Assembly (NCBI GenBank): GCA_963422525.1
Contig: OY730226.1
Coordinates: 2,261,813 to 2,325,812 of the forward strand
Source: Dehalococcoidia bacterium
GTDB lineage: Bacteria; Chloroflexota; Dehalococcoidia; Lucifugimonadales; JADFKI01
DNA length: 64,000 bases
Direction: 5' to 3'
Shown: positions 52,601 through 62,685 of the stretch, piece after piece
How the letters are laid out: each line of letters begins with the position of its first letter
Position numbering within the stretch: position 1 is the stretch's first letter
Translations under genes and position numbers: made by a program
Notes under the pieces: model-generated
What the model saw: the letters and a program-made list of their open reading frames with translations, nothing else
What the model was told of the DNA's origin: nothing
The model's database searches: none

Positions 52601-55396
52601 CTAATCCGCTGCGGCGGCCACCCCCATCTTGACGATACTCGCCGGAATCAGCGGCAGCCCGTCAATCTTCAGCATCGGATCAGGCTCGCGAGACCTCTCA
52701 ATTGTCGTTATCATCTGTCCGAACAGCGTCGTTACCAACAGAACACCGTGCTGCGTGCCTGTCAAGTTTGCCCGCGCCTGCAGCTCTCCGCCCTCATATA
52801 TCACCTCCACATCGTCGCCCTCGCCGATACCGAGTGCGGCGGCATCCTCCTCGTGCATCTCTACGATGTCATCGCGTTCGATGAAGTTGCGCCCCCTGTC
52901 CGCCTGAATATCAAGCCTGCGTTCAGGCTGGTTCAACACGCGCCCTCGCGCCAGCAGAAACGGGCGATCAGCGTCGATGCGCGCAGGCGGCTCGACGAAT
53001 GTCATCGGCCAAAGAGCTACCTTGCGGCTCTGCAAGCTGTCGGTGTACAGGATCGGCGTGTCAACCATATCAGCGGCGGCGCACGGCCATTGCAGTGTCT
53101 CCATTTGCAGCCTGCGGTAGCTTATGCCACCGTAAGGCTGCCACAAACCGGCAAATTCGTCGAAAACGGATTCGGCGTCCGCGAAGTCGAACCCGGCTGC
53201 TCCCAGACGACGCGCAATTTGGCACAGAATACGCCAGTCCGCATCCTCATCGCCCTTGGGACCAAGCGCCGCCCGAAGCAGCTGCACGCGCCGCTCGATG
53301 TTGGTATAAGTGCCGTCCCTATCCGCAAATGTCATGGAAGGCAAAACCACATCGGCGATTTCCGTCAACTCATTGGGGAAGCTGTCCTGAACCAGCAGAA
53401 AGTTCAGCTTTCCTGCCGCCTCGACGAACTCGCCCAACTCGCCATTGGTGAAGTTCGGACTGTCGCCGATCACATGCAGCGCCTTCACCTTGCCATCGTC
53501 GATAGCGGCGACAAGATCGCGAATGCCCACGCCCGTTTGTGACGGCAGTTCGGCGCCCCATGTACGCTCGATATTGCCACGCGCCGCATCATCCGCCGGC
53601 GCGCGGTAGCCGGGCAGACTATCCGGCGTGCAGCCAACATCATTAGAGCCTTGCTCGTTCGCGCCCAAGAACAGCGGATACAGCCCAGTCGAAGCCTTGC
53701 CGATATTGCCTGTAACCAGCGCGAGGTTCACCAGCGCGCGCACGCAATCCTCACGCAACGAAGGCGCAAGCGTCTCCAGCGCATACAGGATTGCGGACGG
53801 CTTGCTGCGCGCGAACATCCGCGCCGCCTCACGAATATCCTCTTGCCGCAGCCCTGTTACGCGCTCCACCTTGAGCATATCGAACGCCCAGATGCTGTTC
53901 TTCAGCGCATCAATATCGTCGCAAGCGTTCCTGACAAACTCATGGTCGTCGAGCGATTCCTCCAAGATGACCCGCAGCATGCCGCCAATCAGCGCCGTCT
54001 CGCTTCCGGGCTGCGGTCGCAGCCACAACTTGGCATACCGCGTCAATTCCGTCTCGCGCTGGTCTATTACGATGAGCGCAGCGCCCGCCTTGACAGCCTT
54101 CTTAATAGGCACGGCAATCACATTCTGCTCTTCGGTCATATTCGACCCCACGACCAGCAGCCCGCGCACCTGCTCGAGTTCCCAGATTGTGTTAGTAGCC
54201 GCCGCGCGTCCCAGCATCTCCCGCAGCGGCTTGGTCAGCTCAGGGCGCAAATTCGACGAAACATCCACATTGTTGCTGCCCATCACCACGCGCGCGAACT
54301 TTTGCGCGATGTAGTTGTCCTCATTAGTGCCGCGCGGAGACGCGACTATCGCATACTCATCGCCCTTGTGCTCGGCGAGACGCTCCGCCGCCACATCCAG
54401 AGCATCCGGCCACGAAGCCTCCACTAGCTCCCCGCCGCGCCTTATCATCGGCTTGCTCAGCCGCTGCCGCGTATTGTTCACAAAGTCTAGCCCGAACTTG
54501 CCCTTAAAGCACATCTGACCCTGGTTGGCGGGAGCATGAATGTCGGCCGTCGGGCGAATAAGACGGTTGCGCTTGTCCACCTCCATGTTCATCTGGCATC
54601 CGACCGGGCAGTGCGGGCAAATACTCTTGACCGTATCGACCGCCTTGTCCCACTTGTATTTGCGCTCCACCAGCGCCCCCGTAGGGCATACATCTATGCA
54701 CGCGCCGCAGAACTCGCAGCCCGACTCCAGCAGCGACGTGCCCTGCGAAGTCCCAATGAGCACGCGGTCAGACCGATCCAGCAGCGTCAAGGCGGTGTCC
54801 CCTCGCACCTCATCGCACACACGCACACAGCGCGCGCAGACGATGCACAGGTTCATGTCCATCTCCCAGTACGGATCGCTGACGGCGAGCGGCAGGTTGC
54901 GGTTGTTGTACGACAACGGCGATTCCATATCCATTTCGAGGAAGCGCACCGTGTCTTTAAGCTCACAGCGCTCATTTTTGGGGCAGGTTACGCACCTGTC
55001 GTTCACTGACACATGCCGCAGACAAATATCCGAAGGACCGCAAAGATCGATGCGGTGGCAGGTCAGGCATCCGTGCGGGTGCTCAGATATGAGCATATCC
55101 ATGATGCCGCGCCGCAATTCCACGATGTCATCGGAGTTCGTAGTTACGCGCATCCCGTCCATAACAGGCGTTGTGCAAGACGCCGGACTGCCCGGCAGCG
55201 CCCTGTACTCACCGTCGCGGCCCGGCGCTTCCGCCGTCACCACGCACATGCGGCATGCGCCAAACGGCTTCATGCCCGGATAGTAGCACAGGTAAGGAAT
55301 GTATATCCCCGCATCCGATGCCGCCTGAATGACCATCTTGTCCGGCGTCGTCTTTACCTCGACGCCATCTATAGTTATCGTGATTTCATCTGCCAT
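52601..55396 (-). CDS. NuoG / FdsA-like subunit
   Basis: Domain order: 2Fe-2S, 4Fe-4S clusters, then a molybdopterin-oxidoreductase fold. N-terminal ferredoxin-like ITIDGVEVK...CRMCVV. His/Cys cluster HPHGCLTCHRIDLC. Two CxxCxxCxxxCP motifs. MopB 4Fe-4S CPHCPVGC. Start is probably ATG 55396 (GGAGAA 6 nt upstream). See the finding on the missing Cys/Sec-His active-site pair. Confidence 0.75.
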   Translation of the reverse strand: MADEITITIDGVEVKTTPDKMVIQAASDAGIYIPYLCYYPGMKPFGACRMCVVTAEAPGRDGEYRALPGSPASCTTPVMDGMRVTTNSDDIVELRRGIMDMLISEHPHGCLTCHRIDLCGPSDICLRHVSVNDRCVTCPKNERCELKDTVRFLEMDMESPLSYNNRNLPLAVSDPYWEMDMNLCIVCARCVRVCDEVRGDTALTLLDRSDRVLIGTSQGTSLLESGCEFCGACIDVCPTGALVERKYKWDKAVDTVKSICPHCPVGCQMNMEVDKRNRLIRPTADIHAPANQGQMCFKGKFGLDFVNNTRQRLSKPMIRRGGELVEASWPDALDVAAERLAEHKGDEYAIVASPRGTNEDNYIAQKFARVVMGSNNVDVSSNLRPELTKPLREMLGRAAATNTIWELEQVRGLLVVGSNMTEEQNVIAVPIKKAVKAGAALIVIDQRETELTRYAKLWLRPQPGSETALIGGMLRVILEESLDDHEFVRNACDDIDALKNSIWAFDMLKVERVTGLRQEDIREAARMFARSKPSAILYALETLAPSLREDCVRALVNLALVTGNIGKASTGLYPLFLGANEQGSNDVGCTPDSLPGYRAPADDAARGNIERTWGAELPSQTGVGIRDLVAAIDDGKVKALHVIGDSPNFTNGELGEFVEAAGKLNFLLVQDSFPNELTEIADVVLPSMTFADRDGTYTNIERRVQLLRAALGPKGDEDADWRILCQIARRLGAAGFDFADAESVFDEFAGLWQPYGGISYRRLQMETLQWPCAAADMVDTPILYTDSLQSRKVALWPMTFVEPPARIDADRPFLLARGRVLNQPERRLDIQADRGRNFIERDDIVEMHEEDAAALGIGEGDDVEVIYEGGELQARANLTGTQHGVLLVTTLFGQMITTIERSREPDPMLKIDGLPLIPASIVKMGVAAAAD

Positions 55397-55499
55397 ACCA
55401 TTCTCCATTTGGCGAGCCTGTTAGCTCATAAGCCCGATAGGCTTTACAGCCGCGAACTTCATCTTCGACCACAGGCATTCGGTCGCTCTCTAGGAATAA

Positions 55500-57248
55500 T
55501 CAGATTGCTCTGACTGGCAGCAGCCGTCCGCTGTCCATCCCATAAGGCCGCGTGTTCTTTGGCGATATCGCAGGCCGCAGGCAGCTCCCCGTCGGACACT
55601 CCTGTCTGCTTATATGCGAAACGAAGTCAGCCTCGAAATGCTGCAACGCCGAGCGTATCGGGCCGAAGCCCAACTGTCCATGTCCGCATAGCGAGCTTCC
55701 CTCCATAGTCCTGCCGATGTTCCGCATCAAGTCAAGGTCCTCAGGCCTGCTTTCGAACCGCACAACCCTGTCGATCACTTCAAGCAGCTGCTCCATCCCC
55801 AATCTGCACGGAAAACATTTGCCGCAAGATTCATACTGCGTGAACGCCACCAAGTTGCGCGTGATGTCCACGGCGCAGGTGTCCTCGTCAATCACGATGA
55901 CGCCACCGGATCCAAAGATAGCCCCCGCATCGCGCATTTCATCGAAATCGATATGCACGCCCAAGCTGTCGGCGCCCAGCACTCCGCCGAGCGGACCGCC
56001 CGTTTGCAGCATCTTCAGCCGCTTGCCATTCGGCACGCCGCCGCCAATATCATTGATGACCTGGCCTAAGGTCAACCCCATCGGCACCTCATACAGGCCC
56101 GGGTAATTCACCTTTCCGTTCAAGCACACGATTGCCGTGCCCGTGCTCCGATTGACCCCAATAGACGAGAACCACTCCGCCCCCTTGGCGATAATTTCCG
56201 GCGTATAAGCGAGGCTCTTCACATTGTTTATCGTGCTCGGCTTGCCCCAAACCCCAAACGCCGCCGGGAATGGCGGCCGAAAGCGCGGCTGCGAACGATG
56301 CCCTTCGATCGCTTCCATCAGCGCCGTCTCTTCGCCCGCCACATAGGACTCCCCGGTCAGCGCAACTTCTATATCAAAGCTGAAGTCCGAGCTCAGAATG
56401 TTCTTGCCAAGCAGACCATACTCGTATGCTTGCTCTATCGCCCGCTCCGTGCGGCTGATAGGCCCCTCATGCCCGTGACGAATGAATACGAACCCGTTAG
56501 TCGCGCCGGTCGCATAGCCCGCGATGCACATCCCTTCCAGCAGCGTGTACGGATCGCTCTCCAAAATCCCCTTGTCGTTATACGCTCCCGGATCCCCCTC
56601 CTCACAGTTGCAAAGAATGTACTTTGGCGGCTCCGAGCGCACCATAAAACTCCACTTCACCCCAGTCGGAAACGCCGCCCCGCCCCTGCCGCGCAAACCC
56701 GAGTCGATAACCTCTTTCACAACCTCATCCGGCTGCATCTCGAAGAGCGCCTTTTGCAGCCCCGAGTACCCGCCGTTGGCAATATACTGCATCACATCTG
56801 CGGGCGCGATATTGCCCGCGTTGCGCAACGCAATACGCTGCTGCATTTTGATCGCAGGCAGCTCGCCCAGATTCGCAGAGCCACCGATTGGCGCATCGCC
56901 AAGGTAGCCCAGCACGCCGGCATCCGGCAGGCTGTTATCCACCAGCATCGACTGAACGATGCCGGGCACATCACCGGGCGTCACATTATTCAGGAACAGC
57001 CGCGAACCGCCCGGCTTCAGTATATCTACCAGCGGCTCGGCGTAGCAGATACCCAAGCAGCCCACTTCATCCATGTTGGCGTCAACACCCCGCCTATCCA
57101 GCTCAGCCCTAAACGCATCCCTTATCTCGAATGCGCCCGCAGCATGACCGCACATCGCGCTGCCTATGCGTATCCACGGCTTTTCGCCGGCGGTCAGCTC
57201 CTGCCACCGCATATCCGCCTGCGCCTTCAATTCCCCGTAAGAGGGCAT
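55500..57248 (-). CDS. NuoF / FdsB-like NADH-binding FMN / 4Fe-4S subunit
   Basis: The N-terminal extension is a thioredoxin-like 2Fe-2S domain (CLGICYAEP). GRGGAAFPTGVKW, GEETALMEAIEG and CGKCFPCRLG are also present. Confidence 0.9.
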   Translation of the reverse strand: MPSYGELKAQADMRWQELTAGEKPWIRIGSAMCGHAAGAFEIRDAFRAELDRRGVDANMDEVGCLGICYAEPLVDILKPGGSRLFLNNVTPGDVPGIVQSMLVDNSLPDAGVLGYLGDAPIGGSANLGELPAIKMQQRIALRNAGNIAPADVMQYIANGGYSGLQKALFEMQPDEVVKEVIDSGLRGRGGAAFPTGVKWSFMVRSEPPKYILCNCEEGDPGAYNDKGILESDPYTLLEGMCIAGYATGATNGFVFIRHGHEGPISRTERAIEQAYEYGLLGKNILSSDFSFDIEVALTGESYVAGEETALMEAIEGHRSQPRFRPPFPAAFGVWGKPSTINNVKSLAYTPEIIAKGAEWFSSIGVNRSTGTAIVCLNGKVNYPGLYEVPMGLTLGQVINDIGGGVPNGKRLKMLQTGGPLGGVLGADSLGVHIDFDEMRDAGAIFGSGGVIVIDEDTCAVDITRNLVAFTQYESCGKCFPCRLGMEQLLEVIDRVVRFESRPEDLDLMRNIGRTMEGSSLCGHGQLGFGPIRSALQHFEADFVSHISRQECPTGSCLRPAISPKNTRPYGMDSGRLLPVRAI

Positions 57249-57374
57249 ACTCAATCCTATTTCTCCGCAATCCACCCCGCCATCGAGATGGGCTCACTCA
57301 AAGTTCGTTACGCCATCAAAAAGGAATGCTAGGATGGATGTGAAGGATCCTCTTCCATCCTGTGCCAAAAGAAA

Positions 57375-57860
57375 TCAATGCCCGCCGCCCGCGTCCAGTT
57401 CTGCGACGCGCCGCACTGCCACATCAACACCGATACGCCCTATAAGTCGATGGTTCACCATCATCACCGGAGCCTGCGAGCACGCCCCCAAGCAGGTGTT
57501 ATACTTCAAACTCACCCTGTTATCCTCGGTCTCGCCCTCATCCGCAAGCCCAAGTTTACCCTGCACGGCGTCAAGTATCTCAGGCGCGCCGAGCAGGTGG
57601 CATGTCGGCCCCCAGCATATCTCGACGACATTCTCGCCCGGCGGGGTGAACCTGAAGTTCGTGTAGAACGACGCCACCCCCCAAACCTCGTTGATAGTCG
57701 TCCGCATATAGTCTGCGACCTCTTCGATAGCCTCCTGCGGGATGTAGCCCATATCGTCCAGGACGGCGTGAAGCGAGGACAGTACATTGATGTTAGACTT
57801 CGTTTGCGACCCGATAGCCGTTTTTATGCGCTCTCTGAGAACATCAGGTTCCACGCTCAA
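57375..57860 (-). CDS. NuoE / FdsG-like 2Fe-2S ferredoxin subunit
   Basis: GYIPQEAIEEVADYM, CWGPTCHLLG and CLGACSQAPVMMVN. There is no ATG. The likely start is TTG 57860 (8 nt after GAGGAGG) or GTG 57854. The track start is TTG 57905. Confidence 0.8.
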   Translation of the reverse strand: MSVEPDVLRERIKTAIGSQTKSNINVLSSLHAVLDDMGYIPQEAIEEVADYMRTTINEVWGVASFYTNFRFTPPGENVVEICWGPTCHLLGAPEILDAVQGKLGLADEGETEDNRVSLKYNTCLGACSQAPVMMVNHRLIGRIGVDVAVRRVAELDAGGGH

Positions 57861-58015
57861 CGGGCAAGCCTCCTCGATTACGCTGCGGATGCGCCAGCAA
57901 TTCAACTAGAATTATCGCATATAGGATACTTGCCAACCCCTGTGAACGCAACTACTCGATGACGCCCGTTCATAGCAACCCCGCCGAACTATTCCGCCCA
58001 CGCCATCAGACCCAA

Positions 58016-59338
58016 TCAGCCGATGTCCCCCATTATCATCCGCGCAACCTCCCTACCCATCCGCACGCTGTAATTCGTCCCTCTATCCTCAGGGTATATC
58101 TGAGTCGTATTCGCCAGGTATAACCTCTCAAACGGCGTGCGGTGGCTCGGCATCCGCTCCGAGTAGCGCGGCCCAATGATGGGTTGCGCCGCTCCGACTC
58201 GGTGATGGTAGCTCTTCTCGATCCACGACGCGTCGAACTCCGGGTTAATCTTCCGCAGGTGCGGCAGGTATTCATCGAGCAGCTGCCCATGCGTCATCTC
58301 ATAAAGCGGATTTTCGGTCGTCAGGTAGTTGGACAAGTACACAATATGCTTGCCGCCATAGCGCTCAGCAGGGATGAGGTTCGTGTGCTCGATGACCGCC
58401 ACGAACGGTATCGTGCGGTCGGACACATTCAGCCAATATACATTCGTGAGCGGTCGATCCAAAATCAGCACGATGAGCGCCGCAGCCATGTAGTTCACAT
58501 CCGTTAGCCTCATCAGATAATCATCCGGCAGCGGCGGCACAAGCGCCGGGAATACATACGATGGCGTAGTTGACAGCGTCGCATCGAACTCAAGCTGCTG
58601 CGTCCCTTCCCCTTCAAGCGCGACATGCAGCCCCCTCGCCACGCCATCCACCACATCCACCCGTTCTACGGCAGCCGAAGTATGCACCTCCCCACCCTGC
58701 TCCCGCACCCGCTCCGCCAGCACATCGAACACCTCGCCGAAGCTCCCTATCGGATACCCCAGCTTCTCTTTCAGCATGCTCTTGCTGCGAGACTTCACCC
58801 GCGTCTGAATCTTCCCCCACACCCATGCCATCCCCACATCCCGATAGTGCTCCTCCCCAAACTTGCCCCGCATCATAGGCCCCCAGAATACGTCGTACCC
58901 GCTCCTGCCCACATACCGCTTCAGCCACTCATCCGCCGTAATATCCTCATACTTCCTGAAATCCCGCTGCCGCTGCAAATACAGCGTCACCAGCCCCAGC
59001 CGTATGCGGTCCGGCAGGCTCATCGCCGTGAACTTCAGCAAATCAATAGGCGTCACAAAATCATATATCTTGCCGTCAACCAGCGTCCCCACAGTCGAAT
59101 CTATCCATCGAATTCGGTCGCCAAGCCCAATCTCTATCGTAAGGTCAACGATGTCGGCGTCGCTCGTGAACCAGTGATGATACCCCCGCTCCAGCCGCGC
59201 CCCCCCAACATCGAAGGTTGAAGCCTGCCCCCCAAGAAACGGCGCGCGCTCATACACGGCGGCATAATGCCCCTGTTTCCCCAGCTCATACGCAGCCGCA
59301 AGTCCCGCCGCACCCGCGCCAATTATCCCAATCCGCAT
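58016..59338 (-). CDS. NAD(P)/FAD-dependent oxidoreductase (amine oxidase / phytoene desaturase-like fold)
   Basis: Dinucleotide-binding MRIGIIGAGAAGLAAAYEL...ERAPFLGGQ. About 440 aa. Confidence 0.75.
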   Translation of the reverse strand: MRIGIIGAGAAGLAAAYELGKQGHYAAVYERAPFLGGQASTFDVGGARLERGYHHWFTSDADIVDLTIEIGLGDRIRWIDSTVGTLVDGKIYDFVTPIDLLKFTAMSLPDRIRLGLVTLYLQRQRDFRKYEDITADEWLKRYVGRSGYDVFWGPMMRGKFGEEHYRDVGMAWVWGKIQTRVKSRSKSMLKEKLGYPIGSFGEVFDVLAERVREQGGEVHTSAAVERVDVVDGVARGLHVALEGEGTQQLEFDATLSTTPSYVFPALVPPLPDDYLMRLTDVNYMAAALIVLILDRPLTNVYWLNVSDRTIPFVAVIEHTNLIPAERYGGKHIVYLSNYLTTENPLYEMTHGQLLDEYLPHLRKINPEFDASWIEKSYHHRVGAAQPIIGPRYSERMPSHRTPFERLYLANTTQIYPEDRGTNYSVRMGREVARMIMGDIG

Positions 59339-59502
59339 ATCGTCCAACCGGCCCCTGCTAAAAGTCCCCCACTCTAGGCAAAGATTAATGCAAGAATATG
59401 TCTATATCATACCAGCCCCGTCAGCCCTCGCCGTCCATTCTCAGTGCCTACATCCGATTCCTAATGAGCCTGTCGAACCACACCATACCCTTATCCGTCC
59501 TG

Positions 59503-60567
59503 TCATCCCTCAGCCCTTGCCAGCCTCCGCAGCGACAGATTGCCCGACCACAGGAACACCTGCCCCAGCACGATCATCGGCAGCAGCAGCGCAAAGTGGC
59601 TCACCGTAGCAAACGCCCCCGCAAGCGACCTGTCCACCGCCGCAAGTGGCAGCAGCATCAGCGTTTCACGCGCTATCAACTCAAACAGACCGATGCCCCC
59701 CGGCGACGACGGCACGGAACTCCCTATGTTCGCAAGCGCGGTAACCAGCGCCATCGCGGCAGCCAAATGCCACAAGTTATCGTAGATATGATGAAACCCG
59801 AACGAGAATCCAATCAGGTAAAACAGCCCAACCTCAAAAATCCATATCGGCGCGGAGAGCGCAAAAAGCAACCCAACCGTGCGAGGATTGCGCAAAGGCG
59901 CGAACCCCGCCAGAAAGTAATCAATGATATGTATCGCCTTCGCATGCGGAAAACGTTCCGGCAGCAGGCGCAGCAACGCCAGCGCCAGCGCGCGCGTCCT
60001 TTCAGGCAACCTAGAAAGCAGCAGCAGCGCCACGAATGCGCCCACAAACGGCAGGATGAACCCCGCGGCAAGCAGCGCAGGCGAAACTCCCCACTGCGCC
60101 GCAAATCCGGCGGCGACTCCGCTTACAGGAACAAAAACCGCCACCGCCGCCACAAACAGAAGCAGCGTCAGCGCGTCAAACACCCGCTCTACGAATATCG
60201 TCGCCAGCGCCGAACTCTTGCTTATCTGTTCGCGCTCGCCCAAATAGTAGCTCCGCACCACCTCCCCCAGACGCATCGGCAGCAAGTTGTTCGCCATATA
60301 CCCGATGACCACCACAGGGAACAGCCGGCGATTGCTCACATGCTTAATATGCCGCAGCAGCGCCTGCCACCGCATCGTCCGAAACACCACCCCTATCAGA
60401 TACAACCCAATCGCCGGCGCGACATATAGATAATTCGCGTCCGCCAGCGCCTCTATCATATCCCCGACATCCACTGTCACGAAGAACAGCAGCGCCAGCA
60501 GCGCGCTCAGCCCCAGCCCAATCCAAAACTTGCCGCCAGAAAACAAAAAGGCCTCCTGCCAAAACAT
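59503..60567 (-). CDS. UPF0104 / lysylphosphatidylglycerol-synthase-TM-like (flippase-like) membrane protein
   Basis: Multi-pass membrane protein with the RTMRWQALL...YMANNLLPMRLGEVVR pattern typical of this family. Confidence 0.75.
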   Translation of the reverse strand: MFWQEAFLFSGGKFWIGLGLSALLALLFFVTVDVGDMIEALADANYLYVAPAIGLYLIGVVFRTMRWQALLRHIKHVSNRRLFPVVVIGYMANNLLPMRLGEVVRSYYLGEREQISKSSALATIFVERVFDALTLLLFVAAVAVFVPVSGVAAGFAAQWGVSPALLAAGFILPFVGAFVALLLLSRLPERTRALALALLRLLPERFPHAKAIHIIDYFLAGFAPLRNPRTVGLLFALSAPIWIFEVGLFYLIGFSFGFHHIYDNLWHLAAAMALVTALANIGSSVPSSPGGIGLFELIARETLMLLPLAAVDRSLAGAFATVSHFALLLPMIVLGQVFLWSGNLSLRRLARAEG

Positions 60568-60711
60568 TAGCACAAAGACAACAGACTTTCATAGAGAAAC
60601 AAACAAGCCGTCAATCCGAAAAAGGCTTTGCGCTAAAGATATAGCAGCAGGTCAGAACCTATCTCGCTCTAACGCATTGCGCCGTCTATGCCTCGCAGCG
60701 GTATTCCTAAG

Positions 60712-61476
60712 CTACGCTGCTATCCTCACAATATCATCGGCTGCCCTGTCCTTGAAGTCGTCCAGAATCGGATACTGAGTGTCTGCATTCCGAGTAAGAT
60801 ACACGCTCTCTTTTCGTCCAAGCTCCTCCATGTTCTCGTGAACGACAAGGCTGACAAACGACAGGCTCTCCTTCTGAAACTCCAGAAGGGCGATGGCAAC
60901 ATTCTTCGCCTTATCATTCCCTCTCACTCCGAAGACATAGAATCTCCGCTTGTTGTGCGTCAGCGCCCAGTCCACACTGATGGGATAGTTCGGTAGTGGG
61001 AATTTTTCGGCAACAGGTGAAAATCGTGCCAATCCGGTGGTGATATAGTCTTTCAAGTCTTCATAGAAAGCGCTGCGAACCGTTTCCCTGCTCCAGTACT
61101 GCATGCTGCACACCTTCTGAACGCAGCCTGCAAACTGCAACACACCCTCATACAGCATGCCCATAGAAGCGTCGAGATACAGATTGCCGCCATCATTGCC
61201 AACGCCGTTGTTGATAAGGATGTTGTCCAAAATCCTCTGACGAGTGGGAGCGCTTATATCGTATGTGTACGAAAGCCGCATTAGCGTTAGACCAAAGTCG
61301 CAAAGACGGATATACCCCTCTCCTTTGGGGCTGGACTGAAAGTATATGTCCACCATATCGCCGTCTTCATGGCATATCGGAACTATCAGCTGGTAATCTC
61401 CGGGGCGGCGCTCATAGAAGTCAAATCCGGCGCTCATCCTAACGCTCAAAGACTCTTTAATGCTATTGATATTCAT
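60712..61476 (-). CDS. DUF1828 + DUF1829-like protein
   Basis: Start trimmed to ATG 61476 (MNINSIKESLSVRMSAGFDFYERRPGDYQLIVPICHEDGDMVDIYFQ), 8 nt after GGGAGG. The N-terminal pattern matches my recollection of DUF1828 and the C-terminal half my recollection of DUF1829. This is not database-verified. Confidence 0.5.
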   Translation of the reverse strand: MNINSIKESLSVRMSAGFDFYERRPGDYQLIVPICHEDGDMVDIYFQSSPKGEGYIRLCDFGLTLMRLSYTYDISAPTRQRILDNILINNGVGNDGGNLYLDASMGMLYEGVLQFAGCVQKVCSMQYWSRETVRSAFYEDLKDYITTGLARFSPVAEKFPLPNYPISVDWALTHNKRRFYVFGVRGNDKAKNVAIALLEFQKESLSFVSLVVHENMEELGRKESVYLTRNADTQYPILDDFKDRAADDIVRIAA

Positions 61477-61963
61477 CAAAAAGCCTCCCCTGCAGCAACT
61501 CCGGAAAATATGCGTCATAACCCGATATGCCGCAGTCGCCAAAGAAAATCATGAGAGCGCCTTCGAATGTGCCGTAGCGGTCAGTGATTTCTCGCCGACT
61601 TTCCCTTGGCTGCGTACTCCCCGATGCCAGTTCCACCGCCGTGATGCGATGTATATGCGACAACGCGTAGTGCCCATCCACATCACGGCTAGTCTCTCCA
61701 TGCGGTCCATTATAGCGAACCAGCGTAATGTTCCCATACCGCCTGTTGTTCGTTCTATACTGCAGACCTATTGAGAAGTTTTCTATGAATCTGACATTCT
61801 GCCTGATGAAAACTCTAAACTTCGCATCACTGTCCGGAACCGCTTGTAACTCCAAGTCGCAACGGTTGTTGCCGTTTTCATCCCTATATCCTCTAGCAGG
61901 AGTTTTAGAGACGATAGATTTGGGAACGGCTATCAGATTTTCGATTTTGTGGTCAGTCAGCAT
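61463..61963 (-). CDS. hypothetical protein, overlaps the downstream DUF1828/1829-like gene by 14 nt
   Basis: 166-aa ORF with an ATG start. The central LVRYNGPHGE....DGHYALSHIHR segment has a His-rich motif. No family assigned with confidence. Confidence 0.5.
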   Translation of the reverse strand: MLTDHKIENLIAVPKSIVSKTPARGYRDENGNNRCDLELQAVPDSDAKFRVFIRQNVRFIENFSIGLQYRTNNRRYGNITLVRYNGPHGETSRDVDGHYALSHIHRITAVELASGSTQPRESRREITDRYGTFEGALMIFFGDCGISGYDAYFPELLQGRLFDEYQ

Positions 61964-62223
61964 TGACTTTCTTTCAAGCGCCCGTCTGCATTATGCGCCT
62001 TCAATTCCACGATTTCAGCCGCTTAACTAACCCAATGATCAGAATATTTCATAGCCGGTTTTGAATTCGGTGAAGATCTCTATTTATCTTCTCTTCTGAA
62101 TAGGTTTGTTGTCCATTTGAGCTAAGCATCTTCGTGATACCGTTCCAGGTCGTCATTGCCGCAAGCCAAAGAAGTTAGTTACAAAGGTCATTGCGGTGAT
62201 AACGGCTGCGAGTATGACAGACT

Positions 62224-62683
62224 TCATTGGAACTTTCCTTGCAGGCCAGAGATTCGCCTCAGTTCGAAAACGATTGCCTTACGGAGATTCCCGCCAGTGT
62301 GCGGCGCTTTCGTCCAATGACGCTTTTCGCAATAGAACTCACCCTCATAGCGAACTTTGCCACCGCCAATAGCCTGAAATATGCGAAGAGATTTCCCATT
62401 TTGGGAATGGTGGGCAACTGAAGAGTTAGCCGCTATGGCGAGTTTCATATCCCCGCGTAGTCCTCATGACATAGCGCCCAAACGAACCGTCAGGCCGAAA
62501 TCCGTTTTCATAGCCCTGTTTCTCCGATATTCCAGCAAACAGGAAATTCATATGGCAATTCTTGAGTGCGGAAATGCCCACTTGCCATTGTCCACCATAT
62601 TTATCATGTATTTCTTTTCGTATGTAGATTTTGCCGACTTCGAATTCAGTTATCTCATTGACCTCCCTTGATATTATCGTCAT
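62224..62683 (-). pseudogene. frameshifted stand-alone modified-DNA reader-like domain
   Basis: The domain type is the one found N-terminal to McrA/ScoMcrA-type HNH restriction enzymes. Two overlapping ORFs in different frames (62426..62689 and 62224..62448) read on from one another. Part 1: ...VGKIYIRKEIHDKYGGQWQVGIS...YENGFRPDGSFGRYV. Part 2: GLRGDMKLAIAANSSVAHHSQNGKSLRIFQ...VRYEGEFYC...RKAIVFELRR. No nuclease domain follows. Confidence 0.45.
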
Positions 62684-62685
62684 AG

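Noticed and set aside
52601-55408. Selenocysteine recoding in the FdsA-like gene
   Set aside because: The 935-codon ORF is uninterrupted, with no in-frame TGA. The position where Sec or Cys would be expected reads Arg.
62153-62227. 24-codon hydrophobic mini-ORF (MKSVILAAVITAMTFVTNFFGLRQ) whose ATG overlaps the stop of the reader-domain pseudogene (ATGA)
   Set aside because: It is too short to support from sequence alone, and the upstream gene is already frameshifted. It is noted only as a possible small membrane peptide or toxin.
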